Positions 59,068 to 64,000 of a stretch of 64,000 nucleotides of DNA are shown here, piece after piece. Position 1 is the stretch's first letter; each line of letters opens with the position of its first letter. The notes under the pieces were generated by a model. That model did not search any database and was not told where the DNA came from. It saw only the letters and a list, made by a program, of their open reading frames with translations. The DNA lies in NCBI GenBank assembly GCA_044229975.1, contig JBGARZ010000005.1, forward strand, positions 493,551-557,550, given 5' to 3'. The stretch is from Polyangiales bacterium. GTDB taxonomy: Bacteria > Myxococcota_A > Polyangia > Polyangiales > Ga0077539. The translations under genes and the position numbers were made by a program.

Positions 59068-60219
59068 ATGCTCCTGAAGCTCTCCGCGCGCGGGCTCACC
59101 CGGCTCTCCGAGACCGCGGGCCGTCCCCTCCTCGGGCGCCTCGCCGATCGCTCATCCAGCACCGCGCCCGCCGAGGAGATGCTGCTCGTCGCGGCGGGCG
59201 ACCACGACCCGTTGCCCGACGGCTATCGCGCCTACCTCCTCCGCGAGCGGCGCGATGTCGATGGGCGTCGCGAGTGCTTCCTGCTCGGCTCCGACCACGC
59301 CTACCTCGGCGCGGGTGACGTGGTGCGCGTCGACCCGCCGTCGGGCTCGCTGACGGCGCTCTTCCGCGCCAACTCCCCCAACAACACCTTCCTCATCACC
59401 GAGCGCTGCGACCACCTCTGCGTGATGTGCTCGCAGCCGCCCATCGACCGCGACGACTCCTGGCTCGTCGACGAGCTCCTGCACGCCGTTCCACTCATCC
59501 GCGCCGAACCCGCCGAGGCGGGGATCTCCGGCGGCGAACCCACGCTGCTCGGCGATCGCTTCGTGGCGCTGCTCACCCACCTGCGCGACTACCTCCCGAC
59601 CACGGCGGTGCACGTCCTCACCAACGGTCGACGCTTCGCCGACGAGGGCTTCACCCGCGCGGTCGCTGACATCGATCACCCCGACCTGATGCTCGGCATC
59701 CCCCTCTACGCCGACCTCCCCGAGGAGCACGACTACGTGGTGCAGTCGCGCGGCGCCTTCGACGAGACCGTGCGCGGCATCGTCGCCGCCAAACGCGCGG
59801 GCCTCGCCGTCGAGCTGCGCTTCGTCATCCACCGCGAGACCGTCGACCACCTCGCTGATTTCGCCCGCTTCGTCGCGCGCAACCTCACCTTCGTCGACCA
59901 CGTCGCGCTCATGGGCCTGGAGCCCGTCGGGTACGCGAAGGCCAACCTCGAGCGGCTCTGGATCGACCCCGCCGACTACCAGCGCCCGCTCGTCGAAGCG
60001 ACGCTCGCGCTGCGGCGCGCGGGCATGACGGTGTCGCTCTACAACCACCAGCTCTGCGTGCTCGACCGACGGCTGCACCCCTTCGCCCGCAAGAGCATCT
60101 CCGACTGGAAGAACCGCTACTTCGACGAGTGCCAGGGCTGCTCCGCGATGGAGGAGTGCGGCGGGTTCTTCGCGTCGTCGGCGGTGCGCCGCAGTCGCGC
60201 CATCGCCCCGTTGGGTTGA
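59068..60219 (+). CDS. hxsC: His-Xaa-Ser system radical SAM maturase HxsC
   Basis: LFRANSPNNTFLITERCDHLCVMCSQPP; GISGGEPTL; LTNGR; HDYVVQ; MGLE..GYA; YNHQLC; SISDWKN; CQGC.....CGGFF. Confidence 0.93.
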   Translation: MLLKLSARGLTRLSETAGRPLLGRLADRSSSTAPAEEMLLVAAGDHDPLPDGYRAYLLRERRDVDGRRECFLLGSDHAYLGAGDVVRVDPPSGSLTALFRANSPNNTFLITERCDHLCVMCSQPPIDRDDSWLVDELLHAVPLIRAEPAEAGISGGEPTLLGDRFVALLTHLRDYLPTTAVHVLTNGRRFADEGFTRAVADIDHPDLMLGIPLYADLPEEHDYVVQSRGAFDETVRGIVAAKRAGLAVELRFVIHRETVDHLADFARFVARNLTFVDHVALMGLEPVGYAKANLERLWIDPADYQRPLVEATLALRRAGMTVSLYNHQLCVLDRRLHPFARKSISDWKNRYFDECQGCSAMEECGGFFASSAVRRSRAIAPLG

Positions 60220-60305
60220 GCACTATCCCGAAGCCTGGAGAGGTGTCGACCCCGCGGCCGTGATAGCGTGGCGGCCCTGTCGCGAGGGTCGACGCCGATC
60301 ACTCC

Positions 60306-61682
60306 ATGCTGAAGCCTGGGACCACCTTCGCGGCCTACTCCATCGTGCGCGAGCTCGGCCGCGGCGGGATGGGCGAGGTCTACGAAGCCGAGCACACGGG
60401 CCTCGGCAAGCGCGTCGCCCTCAAGGTGATGAACCACCTCGACGACGACGACACGGCGCGGCAGCGGTTTGTCCTCGAAGGCCGCGCGGCGGCGCTCATC
60501 CGCCACGAGAACGTCGTCGACGTCACCGACGTGGGCGTCCACGACGGCGTCCCCTTCCTCGTCATGGAACTCCTCGTCGGCGAGTCCCTCGCCCAGCACC
60601 TGGACCGCGAGGGCCCGCTCGACGCGCGCCGCATCGCCGACCTCATGGTCCCGGTCGCCAGCGCCCTCGCGGCCGCCCACGACGCGGGCGTGATCCACCG
60701 CGACATCAAGCCCGAGAACATCTTCCTCTCCCGCACCCGCCGCGGCGCCATCGTCCCCAAGGTGGTCGACTTCGGCGTCTCGCGCGTCGGCGCCATCACC
60801 GACAGCGAAGCCCAGCGCCTCACCCACTCCGTCAACCTCATCGGGACGCCCCGCTACCTCGCGCCCGAGTCCGTCCTCGGCGCCCGCAACGCCGTCGCCG
60901 CCAGCGACCAGTACTCCCTCGGCGTCGTCCTCTACGAGTGCGCCACGGGCACCCACCCCTTCCGCGAGGAGTCCCTCTTCTCGCTGCTGTGGGCGATCCT
61001 CCAGGCGACCTTTCCGCGGCCGCTCGACGCGTGGCTCGGCGTCGACCCGGCGCTCGAAACCGTCATCCTCCGCGCCATGCAGCGCGACCCCGCCGACCGC
61101 TTCCCCACCGTGCGCGCCCTCGCCGAGGCGCTGCTCCCCATGGCCAGCGAGGAGACTCGCGCCCACTGGCGTGACGAGCCCGCCCCGGCCTCCCTCCTCG
61201 TGTCCTCCTTCGCGCCCGAACTCGCCCGCGCCACGCCGGACGATGTCACCCGTGACGTTCCTGCCGTCATCACCCGCGAAGCGCTCCCGACCCCGATGCC
61301 CGACAGCCTCCCTGCGCTTGTTCCGTCCGTCCTCGTCCCGCCCGCACGCCCGTCCCGCACCCTGCGCGTCGTCGGCCTCGCCGGAGCCGTCGCGCTCCTC
61401 TGCCTCGCGACCTTCCTCGCGGGCCGCGCCACACCCCCGGCCCACGCGCCTCGACCCGTCGCGCCCACGGTCACCGCGCCGCCGCTCGCCGCGCTCACCG
61501 TCGTACCCGCGACTCCGCCTCCTGCGCCCACGCTCCACGACGCGCCCACGCCGCGCCCCGCGCCCGTCATCGCGCGCGCCACACCCCGCGCAGTGCGACC
61601 GACCGCGCGACCCGTCGCACCCGTCACCCCCACGCCGACGCCCGCTCCCAACGATCCGTGGTCTCTTCGCACCCACTTCTGA
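60306..61682 (+). CDS. Hanks-type Ser/Thr protein kinase with TM segment and Pro-rich tail
   Basis: LGRGGMGEVY; VALKVM; HRDIKPENI; KVVDFGVSR; GTPRYLAPE; DQYSLG. Confidence 0.95.
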   Translation: MLKPGTTFAAYSIVRELGRGGMGEVYEAEHTGLGKRVALKVMNHLDDDDTARQRFVLEGRAAALIRHENVVDVTDVGVHDGVPFLVMELLVGESLAQHLDREGPLDARRIADLMVPVASALAAAHDAGVIHRDIKPENIFLSRTRRGAIVPKVVDFGVSRVGAITDSEAQRLTHSVNLIGTPRYLAPESVLGARNAVAASDQYSLGVVLYECATGTHPFREESLFSLLWAILQATFPRPLDAWLGVDPALETVILRAMQRDPADRFPTVRALAEALLPMASEETRAHWRDEPAPASLLVSSFAPELARATPDDVTRDVPAVITREALPTPMPDSLPALVPSVLVPPARPSRTLRVVGLAGAVALLCLATFLAGRATPPAHAPRPVAPTVTAPPLAALTVVPATPPPAPTLHDAPTPRPAPVIARATPRAVRPTARPVAPVTPTPTPAPNDPWSLRTHF

Positions 61683-62596
61683 CCGTCGGCCTGCTCGCGC
61701 TGGCGTCGGCCTTCGCGCCTCGCCTCGCCGTCGCGCAGACCGCGACCGACCCCGCCGTTCTTGCCGCGGCGCAGGCCCATTTCGAGCAGGGCCTCGCGCT
61801 CGCCCGGCAACAGCGCTGGGCCGAGGCCCTCGCCGCCTTCGAGCGCTCGCGCGCCACCACCGACCGCCCCAGCACCGCCTTCAACGCGGCCCTCGCGCTG
61901 CAACACCTCGGGCGCGTGATCGAGGCCCGACGCGCCCTGGAGCAGTGCCTCGCGATGCCCGACGCCGCCGCCGACCCGGAGCTCATCCGCGACGCGACGG
62001 CCGTGCTCGCGACCGTGCGCGCCGCCATCGCCACGGTGACCCTCAGCGTCGCCCCCGAGCGCGCCGAGCTCCGCGTCGACGGAACGCCCAACAGCCTCCT
62101 CGGTCCGTCGCGCTCCCTCGAACTCGACCCCGGCTCCCACGCCCTCAACGCCTCGGCGCCCGGCTTCGTCGCGCAAGACCTCACGCTCCGCCTCTCGCCC
62201 GGTGACCGCGAGTCGCGTTCCATCACCCTCTCTCCACAGCCCGCGCGCCTCTCCATCGTCGCGATGCCCTCCGGCGCCACGGTGCTCATCGACGGCACCC
62301 TCGTCGGCCGCGGAACCGCCGCCTGGGAAGGCCCACCGCGCACGCTCGGCGTCCGCATCTCCGCCGCGGGTCACGCCACCACGGAGCGCAGCGTCGTCCT
62401 CGAACCCGGCGAGCACTCGCACCTCGCCATCACCCTCACCCGCGAAGCCCGCCCCCTCACGGCCAACCCCTGGCTCTGGATCGGCGTGGGCACTGGGGTC
62501 GCCGCCGTCGTCACGGTCGTCGCGCTGTTGCTCATCCACCCGACCGCCGATGCCGACGGCGGCACCGCCAACCGCGTGCTCTCGGGCGGGCCGTGA
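61658..62596 (+). CDS. Signal peptide + TPR + two PEGA domains + C-terminal TM
   Basis: AQAHFEQG..L....RWAEAL..F; AELRVDG...LDPGSH.L.ASAPGF; PSGATVLIDG; PWLWIGVG. Confidence 0.88.
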   Translation: MVSSHPLLTVGLLALASAFAPRLAVAQTATDPAVLAAAQAHFEQGLALARQQRWAEALAAFERSRATTDRPSTAFNAALALQHLGRVIEARRALEQCLAMPDAAADPELIRDATAVLATVRAAIATVTLSVAPERAELRVDGTPNSLLGPSRSLELDPGSHALNASAPGFVAQDLTLRLSPGDRESRSITLSPQPARLSIVAMPSGATVLIDGTLVGRGTAAWEGPPRTLGVRISAAGHATTERSVVLEPGEHSHLAITLTREARPLTANPWLWIGVGTGVAAVVTVVALLLIHPTADADGGTANRVLSGGP

Positions 62597-63711
62597 CGCG
62601 CGCGTCGCTCCTCCTCGCGATGGCCGTCGCGCTCGGCTGCACCACCGATCCCGCGACGCAGCTCCTCGTCGCCGTGGACACGGACCTCAACCCTCTCCTC
62701 CGCGAGGTCGAGGTCGAGGTGCAGGACGCGCGCGGCGTCACCACCTTCGACCGCGCCGTCTTCCGCGTCGGCCCGGCCGGCGCCACCCCAACGCTCCCGC
62801 TCCCCTTCACCTTCGGCATCGCCCCGCACACCGCCGACGCCAGCGACGTGCGCGTCGTGGTCCGCGGTCGCTACGCCGACGACCCGTCCCGCGTACGCGT
62901 CACGGCCCGCGCCATCACGGGCTTCCGTCCCAACCGCAAGCTCGTGCTGCCGATGTTCTTGTCGCGGGCGTGCGTCGACCGCGACGACTGCGCGGGCGAC
63001 ACCACCTGCGATGCGGGCCTGTGCGCCCCCCTCGCGCGCATCAACCCCGCCCTCCTCGCCGACGTCACCGACGCCCCGTACACCCCCGCGCCGCGCCCCG
63101 ACGCCGGGTCCGCCGACGTCGATGCGGGAGGGTGCGCGTTTGGTCTCACGACGTGCGGCGCCCGCTGCGTCGACCTGCGCACCGACGTCTTCCACTGCGG
63201 CGCCTGCGGCAACGGATGCGCCGACGGCAACCGCTGCTTCGAGGGGCGATGCACCCCCGACGGAACCTGCATCCCCCACCTCCCCGCCGGCGTCACCGAG
63301 TGCTTCGCCGACTACACCACCGGCGTGTGCACGGGAGCGCCGGCGATGGTCCGCTGCGGTCGGATGCCCACCGTCTGCACCACGGCCCGCGACGGTGATC
63401 CCGCGAGGATCTACTCGGGTCGATACCAGGGTCACGTGCTGACGTTTCCCCGCCCGGCGCGCGGTCTGCGCTTCTCCTTCGGCGGCATCGGCGGCGCCTA
63501 CTGCCACGTCCGTCTCATGGACGCGCGCGGCGCTTCGCTGCTGGAGCCCGCGCCCCGCACGCGCTGCGACCACCCCACCGACCCGACGCCCGGCGTCGAC
63601 GTGGACTTCACCGCGCCCGAGGAGTCCGCGGGCGTGACGCGGCTGTGGCTCAACCACATCAGCTCGACCGACTGCTACCTCAGCGCGATCGAAGTGACCT
63701 ACGACCCGTAG
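62593..63711 (+). CDS. Lipoprotein with a Cys-rich Stig1-like repeat
   Basis: ALGC lipobox; TQLLVAVDTD; LPFTFGI; CVDLRTDVFHCGACGNGC; GTGA coupling. Confidence 0.85.
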   Translation: MTRASLLLAMAVALGCTTDPATQLLVAVDTDLNPLLREVEVEVQDARGVTTFDRAVFRVGPAGATPTLPLPFTFGIAPHTADASDVRVVVRGRYADDPSRVRVTARAITGFRPNRKLVLPMFLSRACVDRDDCAGDTTCDAGLCAPLARINPALLADVTDAPYTPAPRPDAGSADVDAGGCAFGLTTCGARCVDLRTDVFHCGACGNGCADGNRCFEGRCTPDGTCIPHLPAGVTECFADYTTGVCTGAPAMVRCGRMPTVCTTARDGDPARIYSGRYQGHVLTFPRPARGLRFSFGGIGGAYCHVRLMDARGASLLEPAPRTRCDHPTDPTPGVDVDFTAPEESAGVTRLWLNHISSTDCYLSAIEVTYDP

Positions 63712-63762
63712 AGCACCCCTCGGGCTGTGCACGCTGGACATCGGACGCGCGACGATCGGGCT

Positions 63763-63985
63763 CGCAGTCACCGGGGTCCACGCCGCAGCGTCAGCGCGGC
63801 GCGCTACGGTCAGGCCCGCAGTCACCGGGGCCCACGCCGCAGCGTCAGCGCGGCGCGCAACGGTCAGGCCCGCAGTCACCGGGACCCACGCCGCAGCGTC
63901 AGCGCGGCGCGCACCGCTCAGGCCCGCAGTCACCGGGACCCACGCCGCAGCGTCAGCGCGGCGCGCACCGCTCAGGCCCGCAGTC
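63763..63985. repeat. 54-bp tandem repeat, about 4.1 copies
   Basis: CGCAGTCACCGGGRYCCACGCCGCAGCGTCAGCGCGGCGCGC...TCAGGCC starts at 63763, 63817, 63871, 63925, with a partial copy at 63979. Confidence 0.93.
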
Positions 63986-64000
63986 GAGTCCCGTAGCCCC

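Noticed and set aside
58498..59077. ORFs between hxsB and hxsC, and similar ORFs at 30115-30580 and 48716-49167
   Set aside because: They give the same peptide on both strands because they run through palindromes; no coding signature.
63763..63985. Possible CRISPR array
   Set aside because: Units are contiguous near-identical 54-mers with no unique spacers, and no cas genes are present.
1..64000. tRNA, rRNA, riboswitch, IS or prophage genes
   Set aside because: None recognisable by eye; a covariance-model search would be needed to exclude small ncRNAs.

Overview
A very GC-rich bacterial chromosomal segment, most likely from a myxobacterium (Polyangiales-like). The evidence is MYXO-CTERM sorting tails, Cys-rich repeat lipoproteins and Ser/Thr kinase + TPR/PEGA gene pairs. 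About 50 protein genes; no rRNA, tRNA, CRISPR array, transposase or integrase is visible. Main blocks: (1) a membrane-protein + OmpR/histidine-kinase operon (1-3709). (2) A MoxR/RavA AAA - bpX5 - vWA-like/propeller - bpX6 'ternary' conflict-type operon (5180-15488). It is split by a ~4.1 kb decaying island carrying an intact marR-aquaporin-arsC-arsH arsenic cassette between broken tcmP/DUF5131 and sigZ remnants. (3) Kinase/PEGA and TPR membrane genes. (4) Large Cys-rich surface proteins. (5) A second MoxR + HExxH-metallopeptidase/vWA operon. (6) A HlyD-ABC-TetR efflux operon and metabolic genes. (7) A complete His-Xaa-Ser radical-SAM system (hxsA-D-B-C, 56259-60219). Its precursor HxsA has a signal-like N-terminus and a C-terminal PEGA-like domain, and the cluster lies between a divergent DnaJ-zinc-finger membrane protein and a Ser/Thr kinase-PEGA-lipoprotein cassette. 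This is the best candidate for an undescribed system variant. Intergenic DNA holds a family of 230-250 bp palindromic REP-like elements, a different ~313 bp palindrome splitting hxsB from hxsC, and a 54-bp tandem repeat. Start codons were chosen by eye, often from GTGA/ATGA/TGATG overlaps. Family names come from motif recognition, not database searches.
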